Shown: positions 19,504-28,415 of the stretch, piece by piece | Layout: each line of letters starts with the position of its first letter | How positions within the stretch are numbered: the stretch's first letter is position 1 | Assembly (NCBI GenBank): GCA_030041095.1 | Contig: JASHON010000083.1 | Coordinates: forward strand, 16,308-80,307 | Reading direction: 5' to 3' | Length of the DNA stretch: 64,000 nt | Origin: Terriglobia bacterium | Lineage (GTDB): Bacteria; Acidobacteriota; Terriglobia; UBA7540 | Translations under genes and position numbers: made by a program | Notes under the pieces: generated by a model | The model's input: the letters and a program-made list of their open reading frames with translations, nothing else | The model's database searches: none | Told to the model about the DNA's origin: nothing

Positions 19504-22500
19504 ATGGAAAAGCCTGCTGAAAGCCCTACCGCGCCTTTCCTGCTAGGAATCGACCTCGGAACGAATTCACTCGGTTGGGCGCTAATCGGTATCGACGACC
19601 AAGGGCACCCCGTGGGCCTCATCCGCTGTGGCGTGCGCGTCTTCGAGGCTGGCATGGATGGGGACACCGAGTCCGGTCAGGAAGAGTCGCGCAATCTCAA
19701 GCGCCGCCAGATGCGGTGCCAGCGACGCCAGATTTGGCGCCGGAGGCAGCGCCAACGCAAGGTCTTTCGGCTCCTTCAAAACTACGGTTTGCTCCCGGAC
19801 GACCGCGGGACCGCCCCAGAAGAAATCCAGGACACGCTGAACAAACTTGACTCGTCCATTCTCGCCTCGCCCTGGTTTGAAGAGAAACGGCAGAGCGGCA
19901 CGTTGAAGCGGCCCGATCAAGTCCTCCCCTACGTCCTACGGGCAGGTGCGCTGGATGGGGAACTGATGCCGCATTATCTGGGCCGCGCGCTCTACCACTT
20001 GGCGCAGAGGCGCGGTTTCGAGAGCAATCGTAAAGCACCACCCAAGAAGGACGAAAAGCCCGGCGAAGTGAAGGCGGGCATCAGCGAGCTGCGGGAGACC
20101 ATGGCCCGCGAAGGCGCACGCACCCTGGGTGAGCACCTCTCACGACTTGATCCCTTCGAGCGCCGTATCCGTCAGCGATGGACGGCGCGCAGCATGTACG
20201 AGGACGAATTCAGTCGCATATGGGACGCCCAGGTCCCGCACCACCCGCAGATTCTTACGCCCGAGCGCCGAAGCGAGCTCCGTTCAGCGATCTTCTACCA
20301 GCGCCGGCTCTGGTTCCCCGATGATCTGGTCGGGCGCTGTGAACTTGAGCCGGGCGAGCCGCGCGCGGCCAAATATTCATTCGCGGCCCAACGCTTTCGG
20401 CTTCTGCAAAGCGTCAACAATCTGAAGCTTGGTTCACCTGACGGAAGCCAACGGGCTCTGACTTTCGATGAGCGCGCGAAGCTCGCGGAAGAACTAGAGA
20501 GTGACGGCGACCGCAGCTTTGCCCAGGTGAGAAGGCTGCTCGGACTGAGAAAAGACTCCCGATTCAGCATCGAGAATGGCGGCGAGAAAACCCTTCGGGG
20601 TAACCGCACGACCTCCGCGTTCTGCGGGGTCTTCGGCAACGAGCGCTGGCTAGCAATGTCTGCCGTCGAGCACGAGCAAGCCCTACACGACGTCCTCAGT
20701 ATCCGGAAAAAAGACGCCCTCGTCCGCCGCGCCGTAAATCATTGGAAGCTCGACGAGGAACACGCCGAGCAACTTGCCGAGATTTCCCTGGAGCCGGATT
20801 ACTTCAACCTCTCCCGCAAGGCCATTGAGAAGCTGTTGCCCCTTCTCGAAAACGGCATCACTTACGCCGAGGCGCGCCGCCAGCTTTACCCGGAGCGGTT
20901 CGGAGTGTGCCGGCCATTCGATTCCCTTCCCAGGCTGGACAGTGGGGACGCGCTCCGCCTGGTCGGCGAAATCCGTAACCCCGCCGTCACGCGCAGCCTT
21001 ACCGAGTTGCGCAAGGTTGTGAATGCTATCGTTAGGCAATACGGCAAACCCGCCGAAGTGCGCATCGAGCTGGCGCGCGACCTGAAGAGATCAAAAAAAG
21101 ACCGAAAAAACCTCACCGACCGGAACCGCGATAATGAGGCGGCCCGTCGGAGAATGAGCGACAAGATCAAGGAGCAGACTGGTCTCGACAACCCAAGCGC
21201 AACCGATATCCGCAAAGCCTTGCTCCACGAAGAGTGCGGCGGCGTCTGCCCGTACAGTGGCAAGCCTATTGCCTTCAAAGCGGTCTTCGGCGCGGAGTCG
21301 CAGTTCGATATCGAGCACATCATTCCCTACGAACGCTGCTTCGACAATTCGTTCGCCAACCTCACGCTTTGCGAGGCCCACGAAAACCGTCACGTTAAGG
21401 GCGGCCGTACGCCTTGGGAGGCCTACCATGGCGACTCCGAGCGCTGGGAGCAGATTTTGGACCGCGTGAAGCGGTTCAAATCTTCGTCGGCCTGCGCCAA
21501 GCTCTGGCGCTTCCAGATGACGGAGACGGAAGCCACCGAATTCATCAACAGGTTTCGCGAGCGGCAGTTGAATGACACCCGGTACGCTTCCCGGCTGGCC
21601 GCGAAGTACGTCGCGATGCTTTACGGCGGCCTCGCGGATGAAGAGCACACCCGGCGCGTCAGCGTGACCAGCGGCGAAGTCACAGCCCAGCTTCGCAGCG
21701 CCTGGAAACTTAACGGAATCCTGAACGACGGGCCTACAAGCGGCGGTGGCGAGCTTCGCAAAACCCGCGACGATCACAGACACCATGCCGTCGATGCGGC
21801 GGCAATCGCCCTGACCAATGATTCTACAATCCAACAACTAAGCCGCGCCTCACAGTATGCGCGCGAGCGGTGGCAGCGCAGGCTCGCCTCCCTCGACGCC
21901 CCGTGGGGTAAGGATCTGGCGGAATTCGTCAATTCCGTCCGTGAGCAAATTAAGCAGGTCGTCGTTTCACATCGCGTGTCCAGAAAAGTGAGCGGCGCGC
22001 TGCACGAGGAAACCATCTACTCGCGGCCCTTCGAGCGGAAGGCCGCCAGCGGAGAGACGGTAGAAGTGGTGCGCGTGCGGAAGAAGCTTTCGGCGATGAC
22101 TGCAACGGAGGTGAAAGATATCGTCGATGATGCGGTGAAGGAGCTCGTGCGGGAGAAGATGGAGGCCCTTGGCGCGAGGGACCCCAAGAAAGCATTTGGA
22201 AGTGACGCTAATCTGCCTTGTTTCACAACCGCAGACGGGCGGCGGATTCCGGTTAGAAGTGCGCGGGTGGAAAAGCGTGTGCCCGCCGAGCCTCTGGGCG
22301 AGGGCCGGCCTGTGCGACACGTGGCGAGTGAGAGTAACCACCATGTCGAAATCTATGCAGAGGTTAAGCCGGACGGCACGGAAGGTCGATGGAAGGGCGA
22401 GGTAGTCCCGATGCTGGAAGCCTATCGGCGGAGGAGGGCCCGTAAGCCGGTTGTCGAGAGAAACCACGGGCCACTAGCCCGGTTCGAATTCTCACTCGCT

Positions 22501-22740
22501 CGCGGCGAAGTGGTCGAATGTGACGACAGCAGCGGCAGCCGCAGCTTCTGGATCGTGCGGGGAATGACCGCCGAGAGAGGTTCCCCCCGGGTGTTTCTCG
22601 TCCGGATCAACGATGCCCGGCAGCGGAAGGAGATGGATTCCAAGGCGTATTGGCGCCCGTTTCTCAGTCCGCTGCTCCAGCTTCACGCCCGCAAAGTAAG
22701 CGTGACGCCCCTGGGCAACATCTTCGGAGCCCATGACTGA
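19504..22740 (+). CDS. cas9: Cas9, type II-C
   Basis: RuvC-I GIDLGTNSLGWA, Arg-rich bridge helix, HNH DIEHIIPYERCFDNSFANLTLC...N, and RuvC-III HHAVDAAAIA. It is 1078 aa, and there is no csn2 or cas4 in the locus. Confidence 0.95.
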   Translation: MEKPAESPTAPFLLGIDLGTNSLGWALIGIDDQGHPVGLIRCGVRVFEAGMDGDTESGQEESRNLKRRQMRCQRRQIWRRRQRQRKVFRLLQNYGLLPDDRGTAPEEIQDTLNKLDSSILASPWFEEKRQSGTLKRPDQVLPYVLRAGALDGELMPHYLGRALYHLAQRRGFESNRKAPPKKDEKPGEVKAGISELRETMAREGARTLGEHLSRLDPFERRIRQRWTARSMYEDEFSRIWDAQVPHHPQILTPERRSELRSAIFYQRRLWFPDDLVGRCELEPGEPRAAKYSFAAQRFRLLQSVNNLKLGSPDGSQRALTFDERAKLAEELESDGDRSFAQVRRLLGLRKDSRFSIENGGEKTLRGNRTTSAFCGVFGNERWLAMSAVEHEQALHDVLSIRKKDALVRRAVNHWKLDEEHAEQLAEISLEPDYFNLSRKAIEKLLPLLENGITYAEARRQLYPERFGVCRPFDSLPRLDSGDALRLVGEIRNPAVTRSLTELRKVVNAIVRQYGKPAEVRIELARDLKRSKKDRKNLTDRNRDNEAARRRMSDKIKEQTGLDNPSATDIRKALLHEECGGVCPYSGKPIAFKAVFGAESQFDIEHIIPYERCFDNSFANLTLCEAHENRHVKGGRTPWEAYHGDSERWEQILDRVKRFKSSSACAKLWRFQMTETEATEFINRFRERQLNDTRYASRLAAKYVAMLYGGLADEEHTRRVSVTSGEVTAQLRSAWKLNGILNDGPTSGGGELRKTRDDHRHHAVDAAAIALTNDSTIQQLSRASQYARERWQRRLASLDAPWGKDLAEFVNSVREQIKQVVVSHRVSRKVSGALHEETIYSRPFERKAASGETVEVVRVRKKLSAMTATEVKDIVDDAVKELVREKMEALGARDPKKAFGSDANLPCFTTADGRRIPVRSARVEKRVPAEPLGEGRPVRHVASESNHHVEIYAEVKPDGTEGRWKGEVVPMLEAYRRRRARKPVVERNHGPLARFEFSLARGEVVECDDSSGSRSFWIVRGMTAERGSPRVFLVRINDARQRKEMDSKAYWRPFLSPLLQLHARKVSVTPLGNIFGAHD

Positions 22741-23701
22741 GCGGATCCTGGATTTCTCCGAACAGCCCGCCAACCTTTCGGTGCGGAACGACCTGCTGGT
22801 AATCCGCATTGTGGCGCAGGACTCGCTTTCCAGCCCTGCGGCTCCGCAACAAGAAGTACGACCCCAGAGCCAAAATGGCGGCCCCGCCGTACGGGAGCAA
22901 ATCGTGCCCCTGGAGGACATCGCGGTCCTGGTGGCTGCCCATCCGCAGGTCACCTTTACGCTCGCGGTTGCAGCGGGCCTGGCTCGGCACGGCGGCTTGC
23001 TCCTGACCTGCGACGAGAAGCGCCAGCCTGCTGCCATGATGCTTCCCCTTGTCACTCACCACCTTCAGGTCGAACGCTATGCGGCCCAGGCACAATTGAA
23101 GGCTCCCACTCGCAAGCGGCTGTGGAAGCAGATCGTACGGGCCAAGATCGCGGCCCAGGCGCGGTTGCTCGAGGAGAGAGCCGGGAAAGATTTTGGCCTG
23201 AGAGCGATGGCGGGCCGGGTGCGCTCCGGCGACAGCGGGAACCTTGAAGCCCACGCCGCGCGCGTCTACTGGCCCGCTCTGCTTGGAGAGAGCTTCCGCC
23301 GCTCGCCCGAGGGAGACGATGTAAATCCATTCTTGAATTACGGCTACGCCGTACTTCGCGCTACTGTGGCGCGCGCCATCTGCGCCGCAGGTCTTCATCC
23401 CACCTTCGGCCTGCACCATAGCAACCGCTACGACACGTTCTGCCTCGCTGACGACCTGATGGAGCCGTTCCGGCCACTGGTGGATCGCATCGTAGCGCGA
23501 CTCGCCGTGGGGTATCAGCGTGTCCCCGTGCTCGACCGCGAAGCCAAGCGTGCCTTGCTGGAGCCGCTCACAGGCCGGTTCAGCGACGGCGGAGAGACGC
23601 GCACGCTATTTGACTGGGCGGCTCGCACGGCCTTCTCGCTCGCGTCCGTGATCGACGGAAGTGCTGCGAGACTCGAGATTCCAGAGCTCCGCCATGCCTG
23701 A
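22733..23701 (+). CDS. cas1: Cas1
   Basis: NYGYAVLRATVARAICAAGLHPTFGLHH and the following acidic motif typical of Cas1. The start overlaps the cas9 stop (ATGACTGA). Confidence 0.95.
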   Translation: MTERILDFSEQPANLSVRNDLLVIRIVAQDSLSSPAAPQQEVRPQSQNGGPAVREQIVPLEDIAVLVAAHPQVTFTLAVAAGLARHGGLLLTCDEKRQPAAMMLPLVTHHLQVERYAAQAQLKAPTRKRLWKQIVRAKIAAQARLLEERAGKDFGLRAMAGRVRSGDSGNLEAHAARVYWPALLGESFRRSPEGDDVNPFLNYGYAVLRATVARAICAAGLHPTFGLHHSNRYDTFCLADDLMEPFRPLVDRIVARLAVGYQRVPVLDREAKRALLEPLTGRFSDGGETRTLFDWAARTAFSLASVIDGSAARLEIPELRHA

Positions 23702-24038
23702 ACGCCGGTTCGCGCTCTCCGGATACCGTGCCATGTGGCTGTTCGCCATGTTTGACCTGCCGGTGGATGAAAAAGAGCTCCGCCGCGAATACGCTCAGTT
23801 CCGCAAAGGGCTCCTGAGCAAGGGATTCACGATGCTCCAGTACTCGGTCTACGCCCATTACCTGCCGAGCGAAGACGCCGAGGAAGTCCTGCGGCGCCAA
23901 GTGCACGCCGCTTTGCCCAGCCATGGGCAAGTTCGGCTCATCTCAGTGACGGACCGCCAGTTCGAAAAGATGGAGGTTTATTTTGGGAAAAGACGTAAGC
24001 CAGTGGAGGATCCGCCTCAGCAGCTCTCGTTTTTCTGA
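23694..24038 (+). CDS. cas2: Cas2
   Basis: YRAMWLFAMFDLPV N-terminal beta strand with catalytic Asp. ATG 23694 overlaps the cas1 stop. Confidence 0.9.
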   Translation: MPERRFALSGYRAMWLFAMFDLPVDEKELRREYAQFRKGLLSKGFTMLQYSVYAHYLPSEDAEEVLRRQVHAALPSHGQVRLISVTDRQFEKMEVYFGKRRKPVEDPPQQLSFF

Positions 24039-24056
24039 AAGCCCGCAAGGTCCAAG

Positions 24057-24083
24057 CCCCCGGATTTCAGAGAAATCCGGGGG
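24057..24083. terminator. perfect 12-bp hairpin between cas2 and the array
   Basis: CCCCCGGATTTC-AGA-GAAATCCGGGGG. There is no clear U-tract on either side, so a terminator role is tentative. Confidence 0.35.
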
Positions 24084-24088
24084 ATGTA

Positions 24089-24848
24089 AGTGTATCTCAG
24101 CCGCGATTCCCGGCAAACCATAGCCGCGGTCAGGTTCAGCGCGAACCAGGTGAAGTGTATCTCAGCCGCGATTCCCGGCAAACCATAGCGGCGCGCGGAA
24201 ACTTGCTGTAGCCCGCGCAGTGTATCTCAGCCGCGATTCCCGGCAAACCATAGCCGGCCTCCGGCAGTGCATTGAGCCGAACCAAGTGTATCTCAGCCGC
24301 GATTCCCGGCAAACCATAGCAAGCGGAGCCGGAGGGATCGCCGATCGTTAAGTGTATCTCAGCCGCGATTCCCGGCAAACCATAGCCCGGGAAATGGTGA
24401 GGGAGGATGGAGAGAAAGTGTATCTCAGCCGCGATTCCCGGCAAACCATAGCCCGAAACCATTATGGCCAGTATGCGCGAGGAGTGTATCTCAGCCGCGA
24501 TTCCCGGCAAACCATAGCAAGCTCGTGATGAAGCTCCCTCAACCGTTCCAGTGTATCTCAGCCGCGATTCCCGGCAAACCATAGCGGCATTTATATCAAC
24601 CAATCCATAATTGGAGTGTATCTCAGCCGCGATTCCCGGCAAACCATAGCCTGATCTATGTGGACGGAACGCAAACCGGGAGTGTATCTCAGCCGCGATT
24701 CCCGGCAAACCATAGCGACGTCACGGCAGACCATACTGCTGCCGGGAGTGTATCTCAGCCGCGATTCCCGGCAAACCATAGCGGGAAAGCGGCAAGCTGA
24801 TGCGCGTGCCAAAGTGTATCTCAGCCGCGATTCCCGGCAAACGTGCAG
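24089..24848 (-). CRISPR. CRISPR array: 12 repeats (36 bp; last one keeps only 30 nt) and 11 spacers of 29-31 bp
   Basis: Plus-strand repeat AGTGTATCTCAGCCGCGATTCCCGGCAAACCATAGC starts at 24089, 24154, 24219, 24285, 24351, 24417, 24483, 24550, 24615, 24681, 24747 and 24813. The minus strand is given because the tracrRNA anti-repeat implies crRNAs are read antisense to cas9. Confidence 0.95.
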
Positions 24849-24915
24849 TCACGAAGAAATAGCGATCGCAGAGGAAAGGGCGGCGAAGCCGTGACATGCG
24901 GCCACCATCGAACAC
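24843..24915 (-). pseudogene. 5' fragment of a REP-associated tyrosine transposase (RAYT)-like gene
   Basis: MSRLRRPFLCDRYFFVTAR resembles the conserved RAYT N-terminus (E. coli type: RRYYIKGGTWFFTVNL). It breaks off exactly at the truncated last CRISPR repeat. Confidence 0.35.
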
Positions 24916-24938
24916 CCGCAGGGCGGTTGCCGGCAGAA

Positions 24939-25069
24939 CAGGCTGCGGAAAAATCCTTTGGGGAGTTGACGTAGCGCCGGCTTCCAGCCGACAACTCCCT
25001 TCAATTCAACCGAGGCCGGCAAGATGCCGGCACCACATCCGCGGCGTCGCCGAGTTTTTCCGCAGTCTG
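24939..25069. mobile_element. 131-bp MITE-like element, family A, copy 1 (inverted relative to copies 2-4)
   Basis: 15-bp terminal inverted repeats CAGGCTGCGGAAAAA / TTTTTCCGCAGTCTG and internal hairpins GCCGGC-N5-GCCGGC. It is flanked by the direct duplication AGAA. Confidence 0.7.
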
Positions 25070-25240
25070 AGAAGCCGCGGACCTCCGTTATTGGGGTCCG
25101 CGGCTTGGCGGCTCGAACAGTGGCGTTAAAGATCAGCGATATAATCCGCCACGGGAATCTCGAGTTTTCCAAGCAGGATGAATTGCGAATGGTGAGGGGG
25201 CTGTTACGGTGCTCGAGTTACCGATAGGGCAGGCGCCGGT

Positions 25241-25726
25241 GTGAGACTGCCGCGTGCATTCCTGGCGATAACGGTCATCCTGGCGGCCGTCGAGAGCGGC
25301 TGCATGCGGCCTGAGTCTGAGATTCCGAGCGTGCCGCCCTCGGCTTCTTCTCCCTATTGGATTGACCTGCAACCGGGATGGCGGGTGCGTGTGGTTACGC
25401 CCGTAACCAAATCCGGCAGCTACCTGGTTAAAACGCAGCCGATTGAGACGCGGGAAACACGCCGCGAACAGGTCATCGGCAGCGCCTCCCCGAATATCAT
25501 TGCGCTTTCAGCCGGGCCGGACTTTATCGGCTACGAGACCTCGATTTATGCCGTGAAGCACGTGCGTGGTAACGGCGTTCGTGTGATCTTCAAGTCGGCA
25601 GAGATTCATGAGAAGGGACTCGTCATTCATTCGCGTCATCCGATCGAACCACTGTTTCAGATTCCCAGGATCGACGAGTGGGTGCGAATCCTTCACCTTA
25701 ATTCGCGTCGCCCACGTCAATCATGA
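25241..25726 (+). CDS. hypothetical secreted protein or lipoprotein
   Basis: N-terminal signal-like MRLPRAFLAITVILAAVESGC. No recognisable domain. An overlapping ORF in another frame (25608-25910) may be its continuation. Confidence 0.5.
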   Translation: MRLPRAFLAITVILAAVESGCMRPESEIPSVPPSASSPYWIDLQPGWRVRVVTPVTKSGSYLVKTQPIETRETRREQVIGSASPNIIALSAGPDFIGYETSIYAVKHVRGNGVRVIFKSAEIHEKGLVIHSRHPIEPLFQIPRIDEWVRILHLNSRRPRQS

Positions 25727-25951
25727 TTCTGCCATTCTGGCCGCTGCGCGGAAGTCCGATCTTGACGCGCTGACGCGCCGCATCCGCTTCAACCCCTCCG
25801 CCTGCAAGCCCGCTCCGCAAGGCTTCTGCTCCTGGATTCCCCGTGGCATCGCAGTGGTGCCGGAAGTTGAGAAACGAAGCCAGGGCGGGAAGCGATGGGC
25901 GCCGATTTGAGCCGGAAAATGCCTGGCCGGCTGCGGTCCTTTCTCGGAAGC

Positions 25952-27028
25952 TCATTCGCGCTGGATGACCATGCCGGCGGCGACGGCATCCCAAGCCAGT
26001 TGCTGGTTCACGTTGCGGGTTTGCAGCCGGTATGCCGAGTCCAGGCCGTTCTTAAGGCGGTCGATCCCGGCAAGGCCTAATTGTCCGCTCCAGACCTCGA
26101 GGCGTGGCGTGAGGTCAAGGTTTCGAATGGCGTCTGGCTCGTCGGCAAGAAAACGCAACAGATCGCTGAGGAGAGCGTAGCCAAGCCGCAGCGTCGCCTC
26201 CAGATTGCTTCGGTCGTCAGCAAGAGCCTTGGTGGAATCGAAAAGCAGCTTCCAATCCGAAGGCGCGAAGGTGCGGTCGCCTTGGGCAGCAACTGCATTC
26301 AGAAACCCAATCCACGGCTTCCGGCGCGCCTGAAACTCTTCCAAGTCAAAATTCTTCGCAGCCGCGATGCTCCCCGAGACCATGCGCAGGGCAAGCTTCA
26401 GATGGGATGTGGGGATCTTTTTTTCGGTTCTAAGGAGTTGTTCGATCACAGCGTCGGAAGCTGGCTGAAAAGGAACGCGCTGGCATCGGGACCTGACGGT
26501 AGAGCGAAGCTCATGAGGATTGGCACAGACCAGAATGAACCGGGAACTATCCGGCGGCTCTTCGAGGACCTTCAGCAGCAGGTCTGCCGCCTGCCAATGA
26601 ATGGCCTGCGCCTGATCCACAATGAACACGCGATGGCGCAGCTCAAACGGTTTCGTGTAGGCCACGCTCCGCATTTGGCGGATTTGTTCAGTCAAAATGA
26701 ACCGCGTGAGCGGCTCGATCAGTTGAACGTCAAAGTAGGCCAGCCCTTCGGCCCTCCGCGCCGCGTCTTTCATCGCCCGCCGGCGTGCAAGGTCCTCGAG
26801 GGTCAGGGCGGTCATTTCGTCGCTCTTGCGGCAGGAACGGCAGTCGCCGCAGTAATCATCCTTCCTTCGCTCACAATTGAGAGCCTTTGCCATAGCCAGC
26901 GCCAGAGTTTTTTTGCCCACGCCGTCCGGTCCGGTGAATAGTAGCGCACCGGGGACGGATCCGGCAGCCAGCATTGCTTTCACGCTCGCTATGGCTTGCG
27001 GGTTGGAAAGGAAAGTGTCAAAGCCCAT
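25952..27028 (-). CDS. holB: DNA polymerase III delta' subunit
   Basis: GPDGVGKKTLA P-loop-like motif and CGDCRSC zinc module. It sits next to tmk, as is common. Confidence 0.85.
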   Translation of the reverse strand: MGFDTFLSNPQAIASVKAMLAAGSVPGALLFTGPDGVGKKTLALAMAKALNCERRKDDYCGDCRSCRKSDEMTALTLEDLARRRAMKDAARRAEGLAYFDVQLIEPLTRFILTEQIRQMRSVAYTKPFELRHRVFIVDQAQAIHWQAADLLLKVLEEPPDSSRFILVCANPHELRSTVRSRCQRVPFQPASDAVIEQLLRTEKKIPTSHLKLALRMVSGSIAAAKNFDLEEFQARRKPWIGFLNAVAAQGDRTFAPSDWKLLFDSTKALADDRSNLEATLRLGYALLSDLLRFLADEPDAIRNLDLTPRLEVWSGQLGLAGIDRLKNGLDSAYRLQTRNVNQQLAWDAVAAGMVIQRE

Positions 27029-27031
27029 GGT

Positions 27032-27712
27032 TCAGCCACGCACTATCGATCGCCGGCTTGCCCGACGCTTCATCTGCCGCCTCATAAAGGCATCGACGAG
27101 TTCCCGAATGTGCTGTTGCACGCGGACGGTTGAGCCGCCGGCTGGCACGATCTTCACCCGGCCGGGCTCCCGCCGGGAAATGGCGAGATAGCCCCTGCGA
27201 ACCCTTTCTTGAAAAGTCATGCCTTCTTCTTCAAACCGGCCGTCGTGATTTCCGCGGGACCTCTTCCTGGCGCGCGCGAGCGTCAGGCGCGGCGGCGCAT
27301 CCAGCACAAGCGTCAGATCCGGCTGCGTGCGCCCGCAAATGAGCTGATCCATCAGATAGACCGGTCCCTCGCCCAGTTTGCGGCCGTATCCTTGGTAGGC
27401 AAAGCTGGCATCATTGAACCGATCGCTCAGCACCAGCTCACCACGCTTGAGCGCCGGAAGTATCACTTCTTCCAGGTGCTGGCGGCGCGCCGCGTACATC
27501 AGAAGGAGCTCGGTAAGCGCGGTAATGGGAGTTGAAGGCGAGCCAAGCAGGATGTGTCGAATTCGCTCGCCGACGCGAGTGCCGCCCGGCTCGCGCGTGA
27601 CGCAGACAGCGTGGCCCTGCTCGCGTAGCCATGCTGCTAACTGCCGCAACTGCGTGCTCTTTCCCGCCCCGTCGATGCCTTCTAATGTGATGAATAGACC
27701 GCGTTCGTTCAA
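27032..27712 (-). CDS. tmk: thymidylate kinase
   Basis: LEGIDGAGKST P-loop. A likely TTG start at 27712 gives MNERGLFITLEGIDG; the track ORF extends to 27916 without homology. Confidence 0.85.
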   Translation of the reverse strand: MNERGLFITLEGIDGAGKSTQLRQLAAWLREQGHAVCVTREPGGTRVGERIRHILLGSPSTPITALTELLLMYAARRQHLEEVILPALKRGELVLSDRFNDASFAYQGYGRKLGEGPVYLMDQLICGRTQPDLTLVLDAPPRLTLARARKRSRGNHDGRFEEEGMTFQERVRRGYLAISRREPGRVKIVPAGGSTVRVQQHIRELVDAFMRRQMKRRASRRSIVRG

Positions 27713-28120
27713 ACTAGCCCCGTGCCGATAAGTGTAGCGGAGAGCGCTCCGGCGAACAAGAGTACTTATCAGAAAATAAGTTTGGCAAGAACGAAGAGCC
27801 CCCATTTGAAAAGACTTCCTCCGCGAGCCTGCATGCAGGATCGAGCCGTCAAATCCTCGCCGCTGTGGCCCCTTGAGGCCGTCGCGGGCGAGCAGGTCGG
27901 CTGTGGAATCGTCCAAGTGATCCGCCGCAGTCCAAACTCACGCCAGCCCCTTGAAAATAATAGGCTACAGTAGTACACTAGACGTGGTGGGCTCCGGACT
28001 TCGGCGGCCGTCTTCAGGGCATGCTTGTGAGATGGGTCCCCTGGCGTCTCCACAGGCGGCTCGTCGCGGAGCGTCCCTGCGCCACAAGCTTGACGCGCCG
28101 GGCACTCGGAACGGCAACAA

Positions 28121-28251
28121 CAGGCTGCGGAAAAACTCGCCGCCGCCGCGAGTGGTGCGCCGGCATCTTGCCGGCCTCCGTTGCATTGAAGGGAGTTGCC
28201 GGCTGGAAGCCGGCGCTACGTCGACTCCCGAAAGACTCTTTCCGCATCCTG
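28121..28251. mobile_element. MITE-like element, family A, copy 2
   Basis: Same 131-bp element with TIRs CAGGCTGCGGAAAAA / CTTTCCGCATCCTG, flanked by the direct duplication AACAA. Confidence 0.7.
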
Positions 28252-28415
28252 AACAAGGCAAGCCGGATGTGGTTCAGAGAAGCAGACAGGGCTACGGCGG
28301 CCACCCGAGCATGTCTCAACCAGAAGCAGTGGAGGTTGTGGAAAAAGTGCTGATGAACAGAAGGGATGAAAACAACCCCTTCTACATTATCAGACATAGG
28401 TGGTGGCAAATCGAT

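Noticed and set aside
24136-24708. 190-codon minus-strand ORF with the repeated peptide YGLPGIAAEIH (also the smaller ORFs at 24591-24812, 24658-24894 and 24721-24915).
   Set aside because: It is simply the translation of the CRISPR repeat-spacer array. The periodic peptide comes from the 36-bp repeat.
24849-25240. A conventional CRISPR leader on the cas-distal side of the array.
   Set aside because: The flank consists of a transposase-gene remnant, a MITE copy and a GC-rich hairpin (GCCGCGGACC-N11-GGTCCGCGGC). It has no AT-rich leader-like sequence.
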